Source: Cupriavidus necator (GTDB lineage Bacteria > Pseudomonadota > Gammaproteobacteria > Burkholderiales > Burkholderiaceae). From it: DNA of 32,000 nt. Below the pieces are notes generated by a model, which saw only the letters and a program-made list of their open reading frames with translations, did no database searches and had not been told where the DNA came from. Positions within the stretch are counted from its first letter, which is position 1. The number at the start of each line of letters is the position of its first letter. Location: positions 1,110,001 through 1,142,000 of the forward strand of contig NZ_CP066018.1 of the NCBI RefSeq assembly GCF_016127575.1. Direction: 5' to 3'. Positions 15,823-25,547 of this stretch are shown here, piece by piece. A program made the position numbers and the translations under genes.

Positions 15823-17673
15823 ATGTCGTACCTGACCGATCAAGCGCGGGCCGCCAGTCGCGCTGCCAAGCCCGACGCTGACGTGCCCGGCCAGATGCTC
15901 GAAGACATCGTAGCCGCCAACCCGGCCCGCCGCCGGGTGCTGCGCGGCGGCCTGGGCCTGTCGCTGGCCTCGGCGTTCGGCAGCGGCCTGCTGGCCGCCT
16001 GTGGCGGCGATGACGATCCCGCACCGGCACCGGCCCCCGCACCTGCTCCGGCCCCAGCGCCCGCCGCGGCCGCCCCGAGCTACGACGTCACCTTCGAGCC
16101 GGTCGCCAAGTCGACCGCGGATGCCGTGGTCGTGCCCAATGGCTACAGCGTCGACGTGCTGTTCTCCGCCGGCGACCCGGTCGAAGCCGGTGCCACCGGC
16201 TATGCCGGCGCGTTCCAGTCCTCGGCCGAAACCGAGCGCCAGGCCGGCGGCAACCACGACGGCATGCACTACTTCGCGCTGCCGGGTGTCGATCCGCAGA
16301 AGGGCGGCCTGCTCGCCATCAACCACGAGCTGCCGGACTACAAGATCCTGTTCGCGGGCGGCACCTATGACGCCGCCACGGCCAGCCCCGAGCAGAAGCG
16401 CATCGCGCTGTCGGCGGTCGGCATCTCGGTGATCGAAGTGGAACTGGCAGCCAGCGGCAAGTGGCAGGTCAAGCGCGACTCGATCTACAACAAGCGCTAC
16501 ACCGGCAACACGCTGTACCGCGTGGGCGGCCCGGCTGCTTCGGTGGTGGGATCGACCGTAGTCGGCATGCTCAACAACTGCTCGAGCGGCCATACCCCGT
16601 GGGGCACCTACCTGACCTGCGAAGAGAGCACGGACAACTACATCGACCCGACCCAGGCCGAGAACGGCTACGGCTGGGTGGTGGAAGTCGATCCGTACGG
16701 CACGCTGGGCTCGCCGGCCAAGCGCACCGCGATGGGCCGCTTCGACCATGAGAACGTCGCCTTCCTGACCGACGCCAGCAACAACGTCGCCTTCTATATG
16801 GGCGACGACGGCACGCCGGGCTGCATCTACAAATTTATCCCGAGCAAGGCCTTCGATCCGAACAACCGCGCCGCCAATGCCAACCTGCTGGACAGCGGCA
16901 CGCTCTACGTGGCCAGGTTCAACGCCGACGGCAGCGGCCAGTGGATCGAGCTGACGCAGGGCAAGAACGGCCTGACCGTGGGCGCTTCGGATCCGGGCAA
17001 CTGGACCCAGTCGGCCGTCTCGCCGGCGCCGACCACGGTCGACTTCGCCAGCCAGGCCGACGTGCTGATCAACACCAAGTCGGCCGCGCGCGTGGCCGGT
17101 GGCACGCTGATGGACCGCCCCGAGTGGATCACGGCCGCACCGGACAAAACCCTGTACTGCACGCTGACCAACAACAGCGGCCGCCAGCAGACCGACGCCG
17201 CCAACCCGCGCAAGAACAACCTGCACGGCCATATCGTCAAGTGGAACGAAGCCGGAAATTCGCCGCTGGCGACCACGTTCACGTGGAGCATCCTGCTGCA
17301 GGCCGGCGACCCGTCGCTGGCCACCGACAACCTGAAGGGCAACATCAACGGCGACACGTTCTCGAGCCCCGACGGCCTGCGCGTCGACCCGCAGGGCCGG
17401 CTGTGGGTGCAGACCGACTCCAGCACCAGCGCCACCTACACCAGCACGTTCGGCAACAACAGCATGTACTACATCTCGCCGACGGGTCAGTCCAAGCGCT
17501 TCCTGGTCGGCCCGACCGGCTGCGAAATCACCGGCATCGCCTACACGCCGGACCTGACCACCTGCTTCATCAACATCCAGCACCCCACCGGCGCGTGGCC
17601 GGACGCGGCCAAGCCGCCGCGCTCGTCCACCATCGTGGTGCGCCGTGGCGACGGCAAGCCGATCGGTGCGTGA
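15823..17673 (+). CDS. phoX: PhoX-family (DUF839) phosphatase, predicted Tat-exported lipoprotein
   Basis: A strong GGAGGA Shine-Dalgarno precedes the start. A twin-arginine motif ARRRVLRGGLGL is followed by the lipobox LLAAC. Hallmark blocks are NHDGMHYF, CSSGHTPWGTYLTCEE, MGRFDHENVAF, MDRPEWI and SPDGLRVD. Confidence 0.85.
   Translation: MSYLTDQARAASRAAKPDADVPGQMLEDIVAANPARRRVLRGGLGLSLASAFGSGLLAACGGDDDPAPAPAPAPAPAPAPAAAAPSYDVTFEPVAKSTADAVVVPNGYSVDVLFSAGDPVEAGATGYAGAFQSSAETERQAGGNHDGMHYFALPGVDPQKGGLLAINHELPDYKILFAGGTYDAATASPEQKRIALSAVGISVIEVELAASGKWQVKRDSIYNKRYTGNTLYRVGGPAASVVGSTVVGMLNNCSSGHTPWGTYLTCEESTDNYIDPTQAENGYGWVVEVDPYGTLGSPAKRTAMGRFDHENVAFLTDASNNVAFYMGDDGTPGCIYKFIPSKAFDPNNRAANANLLDSGTLYVARFNADGSGQWIELTQGKNGLTVGASDPGNWTQSAVSPAPTTVDFASQADVLINTKSAARVAGGTLMDRPEWITAAPDKTLYCTLTNNSGRQQTDAANPRKNNLHGHIVKWNEAGNSPLATTFTWSILLQAGDPSLATDNLKGNINGDTFSSPDGLRVDPQGRLWVQTDSSTSATYTSTFGNNSMYYISPTGQSKRFLVGPTGCEITGIAYTPDLTTCFINIQHPTGAWPDAAKPPRSSTIVVRRGDGKPIGA
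16018..16075 (+). repeat. Coding (Pro-Ala)n low-complexity repeat
   Basis: It encodes DPAPAPAPAPAPAPAPAAAAP directly after the lipobox Cys of the phoX-like gene. Confidence 0.75.
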
Positions 17674-17721
17674 CCGCGCAGTGCAGTAGGTAGTACCAGC
17701 AGTAACTGGGGAAAAGTTAAA

Positions 17722-17755
17722 CCCCCGTCACCTTGCGGTGCCGGGGGCTTTTTTT
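17722..17755. terminator. Bidirectional rho-independent terminator between phoX and the ferredoxin gene
   Basis: CCCCCGTCACC-ttgc-GGTGCCGGGGG (one mismatch) is followed by T7 on the plus strand and flanked by an A-rich tract (TTTAACTTTT on the minus strand). Confidence 0.8.
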
Positions 17756-17774
17756 GCCTGGCTGAAGCTGCGGG

Positions 17775-18098
<324 letters not shown>

Positions 18099-18103
18099 CT
18101 ATT

Positions 18104-18799
<696 letters not shown>

Positions 18800-18829
18800 C
18801 TACCCGGACCATCGCCCCAGACTGGTGCA

Positions 18830-19522
18830 TCAGGCAGCGCCGTTGCCCGGCACGCGATGCTGCAGCAGGTGGAAATGCACCGCGCCGGCGCGCGCGTGGC
18901 GCACGATTTCAAGCGACGCCGGCACCGGCGCGTCGGCACCGGTCAGCGCATGGTCGGTCTCGACATAGACTGCGCCGCCGGGCCGCGACAGCCTCGCCGC
19001 GTGCTCCAGCGCCGGCCCGACCCAGTCCTCGGCGAAGGGCGGATCCAGGAAGACCACGTCGAAGCTGGCATCGGGCAGTTGCGCGGCAATGGCAAAGGCA
19101 TCGCCCTGCATCACGCGCACCTGAGCCGCGTCGAGCCGGTACTGGTTGTCGCGCAGCTGCTTGGCCACGCGCGCATTGGACTCGACCAGCGTGACCGCGG
19201 CGGCGCCGCGCGAGGCGGCCTCGAAGCCGAGCGCGCCGGAGCCGGCGAACAGGTCCAGGCATTCCAGCCCGGACAGGTCCTGGCCGAGCCAGTTGAAGAG
19301 CGTCTCGCGCACGCGGTCGGGCGTGGGGCGCAGGCCCTGGGCATCGGGAACGGGCAGCAAGGTGCGCTTCCAGCGGCCGCCGATGATGCGGACCTGGGAC
19401 GGCTCCTGGCGCGGTGCCTGGCGTGGCGCCGCGGAAACGGGGGAACGCCCGCCGCTGGCAGCGGCAGGAGAGGCGGGTCGCCCGCCGGTGGCGGGCGACG
19501 GCAATCGGGAACGCGAATTCAT
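18830..19522 (-). CDS. rsmD: 16S rRNA (guanine966-N2)-methyltransferase RsmD, with a ~45-aa Pro/Ala/Ser/Arg-rich N-terminal extension
   Basis: It has RIIGGRWKRTLLPVPD, the SAM motif LDLFAGSGALGFEAASRGA and the catalytic VVFLDPPF. There is no alternative in-frame start between the ATG and the conserved core. Confidence 0.85.
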   Translation of the reverse strand: MNSRSRLPSPATGGRPASPAAASGGRSPVSAAPRQAPRQEPSQVRIIGGRWKRTLLPVPDAQGLRPTPDRVRETLFNWLGQDLSGLECLDLFAGSGALGFEAASRGAAAVTLVESNARVAKQLRDNQYRLDAAQVRVMQGDAFAIAAQLPDASFDVVFLDPPFAEDWVGPALEHAARLSRPGGAVYVETDHALTGADAPVPASLEIVRHARAGAVHFHLLQHRVPGNGAA

Positions 19523-19604
19523 CCCGTGATTGTAGAGCCTGCGGGCCGGTTCGCCGCACGCGCCGGAGCCCCGGCGCTCATGACGGGCCCAAGCGGCGCC
19601 GGCA

Positions 19605-20987
19605 TCACTGTCTGGCGGCAGTCGCAGGCGCTGCGACCGGGCCGCCGACGATCACCGTCGCCATATTGTCCGGGCGCACATGGCGCTGGAAAGCGGCCCT
19701 GACCTGCTCACGCGTGACCTTGCCAATCTGGGCGGTCCAGGTGTCCAGGTAATCCAGCGGCAGCCCGTACCAGCCGATATTGGCGACGTTGGTCAGCAGC
19801 TTGCGGTTGTTGTCGATGCGCAGCGGGAAACCGTTGATGAGGTTGTCCTTGGCCGCGCGCAGCTCTTTCTCGGTCGGGCCCTCGGCGACAAAGCGCGCCA
19901 GCACCTGGCGCACCAGCGCCAGCGCTTCGTCGGTCTGCGCCTTCTTGGTCTGCAGGCTGATGCCGAACGGACCCGGCTGCTTGGACGGCGCGAAGTAGCT
20001 GTCCACGCCGTAGGTCAGGCCGCGCTTCTCGCGCACCTCGTCAGTCAGGCGCGAGCTGAAGCCGCCGCCGCCCAGCACGTAGTTGCCCACCAGCAGCGCG
20101 AAGTAATCGGGGTCGCCGCGGGCAATGGCCGGCTGGCCGATGGCCACGCTGGACTGCTGTGCCGGATGCGGCATGCGCTGCTCGCTCGGGGCGATGTTCA
20201 GGCGCACCTGCGGCATGGCCGGCGCCGCGCTGCCGGGCGGCAGCCCGCGCGTGAGCTGCTCGGCAATGGCTTCGGCCTGCTTGCGGTCGACCGCGCCGAT
20301 CAGCGTCACCACCGCGCGCTGCGCGCCGTAGTTGTCGCGCCAGAACCTGACAATGTCGTCGCGCGTGATCGACGCCACGCTGTCCGGGGTCGCGGCCACG
20401 CCGTAGGGATGGTCGGGATACATGGCCTTGGCCAGCGCCTTGTCGGCGATCACGCCGGGCTTGGCGTCGGCTTCGCGGATGGCGGTGATCAGGCGCTGCT
20501 TCTCTCGCCCGACCACAGCGTCCGGGTAGGTCGGCGCCTTGATCAGTTGCGCGGCCAGCGCGACCGACTGGTCCAGCTCCGGCTGGGCGGTCAGCGTGCG
20601 CAGCCCGATGCCGCCGCGGTCGCCGCCGGCGGCGCCGCCAAAGGCGGCGCCGGTATCGGCAAAGCCATCGGCGATCTTCGCTTCATCGCGCGCCGGCTGG
20701 CCTTCCAGCGCCGCGGCGCCCTTGTCCAGCAGCGCGGCGGTCAGCGTGGCCAGCCCGGCCTTGCCCGGCGGGTCATAGCGACTGCCGGCGTCGAAGTCGA
20801 TATTGACGTCGAGCATCGGGATCGACGGGCTATGCACAAAGAACACCCTGGCGCCGGTTGACGCGGTCCAGTGCTCGATCGGGATCGCGGCCTGCGCCAG
20901 TTGCGCAGCCAGCAGGACCACGGCGCCCAATGCGGCGCCGGCCAGTTTGCGCAGCGCACGCTGCGGGGTGGTGACGGACTGAGTCAT
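19605..20987 (-). CDS. M16 (pitrilysin) family protein, non-catalytic subunit type, with signal peptide
   Basis: 460 aa with signal peptide LAGAALGAVVLLAAQLAQA/AI. At the position of HxxEH it has TLTAAL (GLATLTAALLDKGA), so the zinc site is degenerate. It lies 9 nt downstream of its partner gene. Confidence 0.82.
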   Translation of the reverse strand: MTQSVTTPQRALRKLAGAALGAVVLLAAQLAQAAIPIEHWTASTGARVFFVHSPSIPMLDVNIDFDAGSRYDPPGKAGLATLTAALLDKGAAALEGQPARDEAKIADGFADTGAAFGGAAGGDRGGIGLRTLTAQPELDQSVALAAQLIKAPTYPDAVVGREKQRLITAIREADAKPGVIADKALAKAMYPDHPYGVAATPDSVASITRDDIVRFWRDNYGAQRAVVTLIGAVDRKQAEAIAEQLTRGLPPGSAAPAMPQVRLNIAPSEQRMPHPAQQSSVAIGQPAIARGDPDYFALLVGNYVLGGGGFSSRLTDEVREKRGLTYGVDSYFAPSKQPGPFGISLQTKKAQTDEALALVRQVLARFVAEGPTEKELRAAKDNLINGFPLRIDNNRKLLTNVANIGWYGLPLDYLDTWTAQIGKVTREQVRAAFQRHVRPDNMATVIVGGPVAAPATAARQ

Positions 20988-20996
20988 CGCCTTTCC

Positions 20997-22544
20997 TCAG
21001 TGGCGCAGGCCCGACGGGGCCTGGGACTTGGGCTTGTTCGGATCGATCGGCTGCGGCACCAGCGTGGCCACGGTCAGGTTGTCGTCGTTGAAATACTTCG
21101 CGGCGACGGCCTGCACCTGCGCCGGCGTGACGGCCTTGATCTTGTCGAGCATGCGGTCGATCTGGCGCCAGGAGATATCCGAGATCTCGGACACGCCGAT
21201 TTCCATGCCCTGCCCGAACACCGAATCACGCTTGTAGATCTGGCCGGCCACCACCTGCGCCTTGACGCGCTTGAGCTCCTCCGGCGACACGCCCTCCTTG
21301 GCGATGCGCTGGACCTCGGCGCGCAGCGCGCGCTCGATCTCGTCGGTGTTGTGGCCTGTGGCGGGCGTGCCGTCGAGCACGAACAGCGACTCGCCGCGGT
21401 TGATGCTGTCATAGCCGACGTTGACGTCGTCGGCCAGGCGCTGCTCGCGCACCAGTTCGCGCGTCAGTCGTGCGTTGTCGTAGCCGTTGAGCACGGCCGC
21501 CAGCACCTCCAGCGCGTAGGGGTCGACGTCCTTCTCGATATCGCGCAGGCGCGGCACCTTGTAGGCCATCACCATGTACTGGTTCTCGGCCGGCGCCTTG
21601 ACCCAGATGCGCTTGATGCCCTTTTGCGCCGGCTCTTCCTGGTCCTTGCGCAGCGGCAGCGTACGCGGCTTGAGCTTGCCGTAATAGCGCTCGGCCAGGG
21701 CGCGCACTTCCTCGGCCTTGACGTCGCCGGTGACAATCACCATGGCGTTGTTGGGCACGTACCAGTGGCGGTACCACTCCTTGACGTCGTCCACGCGCAT
21801 ATTGACCAGGTCGTCCATCCAGCCGATCACCGGGTGGCGGTACGCGGCGGCGGTGTAGACCGTGGCCAGCAACTGCTCATAGACGGTGCCGCGCGCGGAG
21901 TCATCGGTGCGCAGGCGGCGTTCTTCCATCACCACCTTCATCTCGCGTTCGAACTCGTCCTTGGTGATGACGAGGTTGGCCATGCGGTCGGCCTCCAGCT
22001 CCATCATCCTCGGCAGGTACTGCTTGCCGATCTGCTGGTAGTACATGGTGAAGTCGCGGTTGGTCATGGCGTTCTCACGCCCGCCCAGCGCGGCCACCTG
22101 CTTGGAGAACTCGCCCACGCCGACCTTGGGCGTGCCCTTGAACATCATGTGCTCGAGCATGTGCGCCACGCCGGTGGTGCCGCTGACCTCGTCGATGCCG
22201 CCCACGCGGTACCAGATCTGGTGCGCCACCGTGGGCGCGCGGTGGTCTTCCTTGACGATCAGCCGCAGCCCGTTGGACAGGCGGTATTCGGTCGTGCCAT
22301 GCGCGGTCGCGCCGGCCGGGGCGGTCTGCGTGCCGGGCATCGGCGAAGCCACCACGCCCTGCGCCCCTGCCGGCATCGACCACGGCAGCAAGGCCAGCAG
22401 CAGCGTGGGAATGACTCGCCGCGCGAGACGCGCGGCGCGGGCGGGAAGCGGTTTGGAGGAAGGTGAAAGGCGTTGGAAGCGCGTTGCGACGCAGGCTTTG
22501 GTGCCTTGTGCGCCCGCAGCGGCCAGGACAGCGCAATGGTTCAT
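20997..22544 (-). CDS. M16 (pitrilysin) family zinc metallopeptidase, catalytic type
   Basis: 515 aa with the inverted zinc motif HMLEH in GVAHMLEHMMFKGT. An N-terminal hydrophobic export segment PTLLLALLPWSMPAGA is present. The exact start is uncertain. Confidence 0.82.
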   Translation of the reverse strand: MNHCAVLAAAGAQGTKACVATRFQRLSPSSKPLPARAARLARRVIPTLLLALLPWSMPAGAQGVVASPMPGTQTAPAGATAHGTTEYRLSNGLRLIVKEDHRAPTVAHQIWYRVGGIDEVSGTTGVAHMLEHMMFKGTPKVGVGEFSKQVAALGGRENAMTNRDFTMYYQQIGKQYLPRMMELEADRMANLVITKDEFEREMKVVMEERRLRTDDSARGTVYEQLLATVYTAAAYRHPVIGWMDDLVNMRVDDVKEWYRHWYVPNNAMVIVTGDVKAEEVRALAERYYGKLKPRTLPLRKDQEEPAQKGIKRIWVKAPAENQYMVMAYKVPRLRDIEKDVDPYALEVLAAVLNGYDNARLTRELVREQRLADDVNVGYDSINRGESLFVLDGTPATGHNTDEIERALRAEVQRIAKEGVSPEELKRVKAQVVAGQIYKRDSVFGQGMEIGVSEISDISWRQIDRMLDKIKAVTPAQVQAVAAKYFNDDNLTVATLVPQPIDPNKPKSQAPSGLRH

Positions 22545-22762
22545 GCGACCCCGTCTGCTAGAATTTTGCCGATCGACTCACGTGCGCAAGACTGCGCGCA
22601 TGAATCTGCCATGTAGCGAACTATACGCAATCGCCGGCCGGGACCACAACGCTTTCTCCCCAGCCATCGCGATGCCTGCGTAACCCATTGATTTATAACC
22701 GGTTGCCTGCTGGCATTTGGCTGCCGCCAGGGTATCGGCCCCGGTATTGACTCCATTCCCCA

Positions 22763-23923
22763 ATGTTTAGTTTCTGGAAGAAGCGCAAGGCCGAGCCCGC
22801 GCCCGCCGAGGCGCCAGCCCCGGCCCCCGCTCCGGTCGAGGTCCCCGCCCCCGTACCGGCACCGGCCCCCACGCCTGCGCCAGTCCCTGCGCCCGCACCG
22901 GCACCGGTCCCGGCGCAAGTGCCACCCCCTGCCCCAGCGCCCGTGGCGGCCCCGATCCCCCTGCCGGCGCCCGCACCGGCCGAAGCGCTCGAGCTGGTCC
23001 CGCCGCCCGCCCAGACCGCTGAAGCGAAGCTGGGCTGGATGCATCGGCTGCGTACCGGGCTGTCCAAGACCAGCCGCAACATCGGCACGCTGTTCGTCGG
23101 CGTCAAGGTCGACGAGGCCCTGTTCGAAGAACTGGAAACCGCGCTGCTGATGGCAGATGCCGGCGTGGAAGCCACCGAGTACCTGCTGGGCGAGTTGCGC
23201 AAGCGCGTCAAGGCCGAGCGCATCGAGACCGCCGAAGGCGTCAAGGCGGCGCTGCGCGAGCTGCTGACGCAGCTGCTGCGCCCGCTGGAAAAAACCATGG
23301 CGCTGGGCCGCGAGCAGCCGCTGGTGATGATGATCGCGGGCGTCAACGGCGCCGGCAAGACCACCAGCATCGGCAAGCTGTGCAAGCACTTCCAGCGCTA
23401 TGACCAGAAGGTGCTGCTGGCCGCCGGCGATACCTTCCGCGCCGCCGCGCGCGAGCAACTGACGATCTGGGGCGAACGCAACAACGTCACCGTGGTGGCG
23501 CAGGAAAGCGGCGACCCGGCGGCGGTGATCTTCGACGCCGTCAATGCGGCCAAGGCGCGCGGCATCGACATCGTCATGGCCGACACCGCCGGCCGCCTGC
23601 CGACGCAGCTGCACCTGATGGAAGAGCTCAAGAAGGTCAAGCGCGTGATCAGCAAGGCCATGCCGAGCGCGCCGCACGAGGTGCTGCTGGTGATCGACGC
23701 CAACACCGGCCAGAACGCCCTGCAGCAAACCCGCGCCTTCGACGACGCGCTGGGCCTGACCGGCCTGATCGTGACCAAGCTCGACGGCACCGCCAAGGGC
23801 GGCATCCTGGCGGCTATCGCGCGCCAGCGCCCGGTGCCGGTTTATTTCATTGGCGTGGGCGAGAAGGTGGAGGACCTGCAGCCGTTCAAGGCGGATGAGT
23901 TCGCCGAAGCGCTGCTGGGGTAA
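22763..23923 (+). CDS. ftsY: Signal recognition particle receptor FtsY
   Basis: The NG domain carries GVNGAGKTTSIGKL, DTAGR and TKLDGTAKGG. The N-terminal A domain is replaced by a roughly 80-aa Pro/Ala/Val-rich region. Confidence 0.94.
   Translation: MFSFWKKRKAEPAPAEAPAPAPAPVEVPAPVPAPAPTPAPVPAPAPAPVPAQVPPPAPAPVAAPIPLPAPAPAEALELVPPPAQTAEAKLGWMHRLRTGLSKTSRNIGTLFVGVKVDEALFEELETALLMADAGVEATEYLLGELRKRVKAERIETAEGVKAALRELLTQLLRPLEKTMALGREQPLVMMIAGVNGAGKTTSIGKLCKHFQRYDQKVLLAAGDTFRAAAREQLTIWGERNNVTVVAQESGDPAAVIFDAVNAAKARGIDIVMADTAGRLPTQLHLMEELKKVKRVISKAMPSAPHEVLLVIDANTGQNALQQTRAFDDALGLTGLIVTKLDGTAKGGILAAIARQRPVPVYFIGVGEKVEDLQPFKADEFAEALLG
22791..22985 (+). repeat. Coding Pro-Ala(-Val) low-complexity repeat region
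   Basis: It encodes AEPAPAEAPAPAPAPVEVPAPVPAPAPTPAPVPAPAPAPVPAQVPPPAPAPVAAPIPLPAPAPA in ftsY, from degenerate GCN-CCN repeats. Confidence 0.75.
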
Positions 23924-23940
23924 GGCCCGGTGGCGAACGC

Positions 23941-24588
23941 TTATTCCGCGTCAGGCTGCGCCTTCGGCTCCGCCTTCTGGAAAGCAGGCAGCTCCATGCA
24001 GGTTTCATAGATCCTGGCGATCGCCGGGTAGCGGGCCAGGTCGATATTGAAGCGCTGCGCGTTGAATACCTGCGGCACCAGGCAGATATCGGCCAGCGTG
24101 GGCGTATCGCCAAAGCAGAAACGCCCGGCCTTGCCGCCGCGCTCCAGGTTGGCCTGCAGCGACGCAAAGCCCAGCTCGATCCAGTGGTGGTACCACGCGT
24201 CCTTGACCTCGTCGGTCACGCCCACGGTGTGCTTCAGGTACTTCAGCACGCGCAGGTTGTTCAGCGGGTGGATCTCGCACGCGATCTCCTGGGCCAGTCC
24301 GCGCACATAGGCGCGGTCCAGCGCCGTGCCGGGCAGCAGCTTCGGCTCGGGATGGACCTCGTCCAGGTATTCGACGATGGCCAGCGATTGCTGCAGCACG
24401 TGCTCGCCGTCGGCGAGCGCCGGCACCAGTCCGTCGGGATTCACGGCGCGGAATTCCGGCTTGAGCTGCTGGCCGCCTTCTTTCAGCAGGTGCACCGGCA
24501 CATAGTCATAGGACAGCCCCTTGAGTTCCAGCGCAATGCGCACGCGGAATGAGGCCGAACTGCGGAAATAGCTGTAAAGCTTTAGCAT
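23941..24588 (-). CDS. maiA: Maleylacetoacetate/maleylpyruvate isomerase (zeta-class glutathione S-transferase)
   Basis: 215 aa. The N-terminal LYSYFRSSASFRVRIAL matches the zeta-GST signature SSCxxRVRIAL. Confidence 0.85.
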   Translation of the reverse strand: MLKLYSYFRSSASFRVRIALELKGLSYDYVPVHLLKEGGQQLKPEFRAVNPDGLVPALADGEHVLQQSLAIVEYLDEVHPEPKLLPGTALDRAYVRGLAQEIACEIHPLNNLRVLKYLKHTVGVTDEVKDAWYHHWIELGFASLQANLERGGKAGRFCFGDTPTLADICLVPQVFNAQRFNIDLARYPAIARIYETCMELPAFQKAEPKAQPDAE

Positions 24589-24592
24589 CGGA

Positions 24593-25294
24593 TCAGACTA
24601 CCTTGATGGTGAGATCGCCCACGCCGCCGACGTGGCACTGCATGACATCGCCCTTGACCACCGGGCCCACGCCTTCGGGCGTGCCGCTGAAGATCAGGTC
24701 GCCCGGCTGCAGCTCGAACAGCTTCGACAGGTACGACACCATCTCCGGCACCGACCAGATCAGGTCGGACAGGTCGCCGCGCTGCTTCTCCACGCCGTTG
24801 ACCGCCAGCGTCACTGCGCCCTTCTGCGGATGGCCGATGGCCGAGACCGGCACGATCGGGCCGATCGGCGCGGACTGGTCGAAGGCCTTGCCGGTCTCCC
24901 AGGGGCGGCCGGTCTTCTTCGATTCGTTCTGCAGGTCGCGGCGGGTCATGTCCAGGCCCACGGCGTAGCCGAACACGTGGCCGGCTGCCTTGTCGACCGG
25001 GATGTCGCGGCCGCCCTTGCCGATCGCCACCACCAGCTCCACTTCATAGTGGCAGTTGCTGGTGCCCGGCGGGTACGGGAAGGCGCCTTCGGTGCCGTCG
25101 GCGACGTAGCTGACCGCGTCGGACGGCTTGCAGAAGAAGAACGGCGGCTCGCGGTCGGGGTCCGAGCCCATTTCACGGGCGTGGGCAGCATAGTTGCGGC
25201 CGACGCAGTACACGCGCCGTACCGGGAAACTAGCATTGCTGCCGCGCACCGGCACGCCAACGGGCGCGGCCGGAGCGAACACGAATTCGGTCAT
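24593..25294 (-). CDS. Fumarylacetoacetate hydrolase (FAH) family protein (fumarylpyruvate/fumarylacetoacetate hydrolase-like)
   Basis: 233 aa from MTEFVF with a GGAGAG Shine-Dalgarno. It has the FAH-fold block [17 protein letters not shown] and [16 protein letters not shown]. It lies 4 nt upstream of maiA. Confidence 0.85.
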   Translation of the reverse strand: MTEFVFAPAAPVGVPVRGSNASFPVRRVYCVGRNYAAHAREMGSDPDREPPFFFCKPSDAVSYVADGTEGAFPYPPGTSNCHYEVELVVAIGKGGRDIPVDKAAGHVFGYAVGLDMTRRDLQNESKKTGRPWETGKAFDQSAPIGPIVPVSAIGHPQKGAVTLAVNGVEKQRGDLSDLIWSVPEMVSYLSKLFELQPGDLIFSGTPEGVGPVVKGDVMQCHVGGVGDLTIKVV

Positions 25295-25547
25295 GCATCT
25301 CTCCAGATTGTTCTGATCGGTGCTGCGGCGCGGGTGGGCAGGGTTGCAGGAAGCAGCCATGCGCGGCGTCGCCAGCAGACGCGCCCGGCGCAGCAGGGCA
25401 ACAGGATACACCGCGAGAGTTGGCTCTGCGTACGACCGCATACAATGAATCCAGGCATCCTCGCAGCGCCAGCGCACCGAACTGGCGCAGGTGCCGGATA
25501 CTTACCCGGCGCGAATCTTGCATGGCGCACTGCAACAGAGCCTAGCC

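Noticed and set aside
15499-17583. A 694-aa minus-strand ORF antisense to the phoX-like gene. Similar giant antisense ORFs occur at 26870-28972 (700 aa), 9379-11358 (659 aa), 6301-8043 (580 aa), 20871-22466 (531 aa) and 4956-6272 (438 aa).
   Set aside because: They are typical GC-rich shadow ORFs. Their translations are Arg/Ala/Gly/His-rich low-complexity sequences with no recognisable motifs or Shine-Dalgarno context. Each lies opposite a gene with unmistakable family signatures.
22711-22724. Sigma-54-like TGGCAT-ttggc-TGC upstream of ftsY.
   Set aside because: The GG-to-GC spacing is one nucleotide short of the invariant spacing, and the TTGC element is incomplete.
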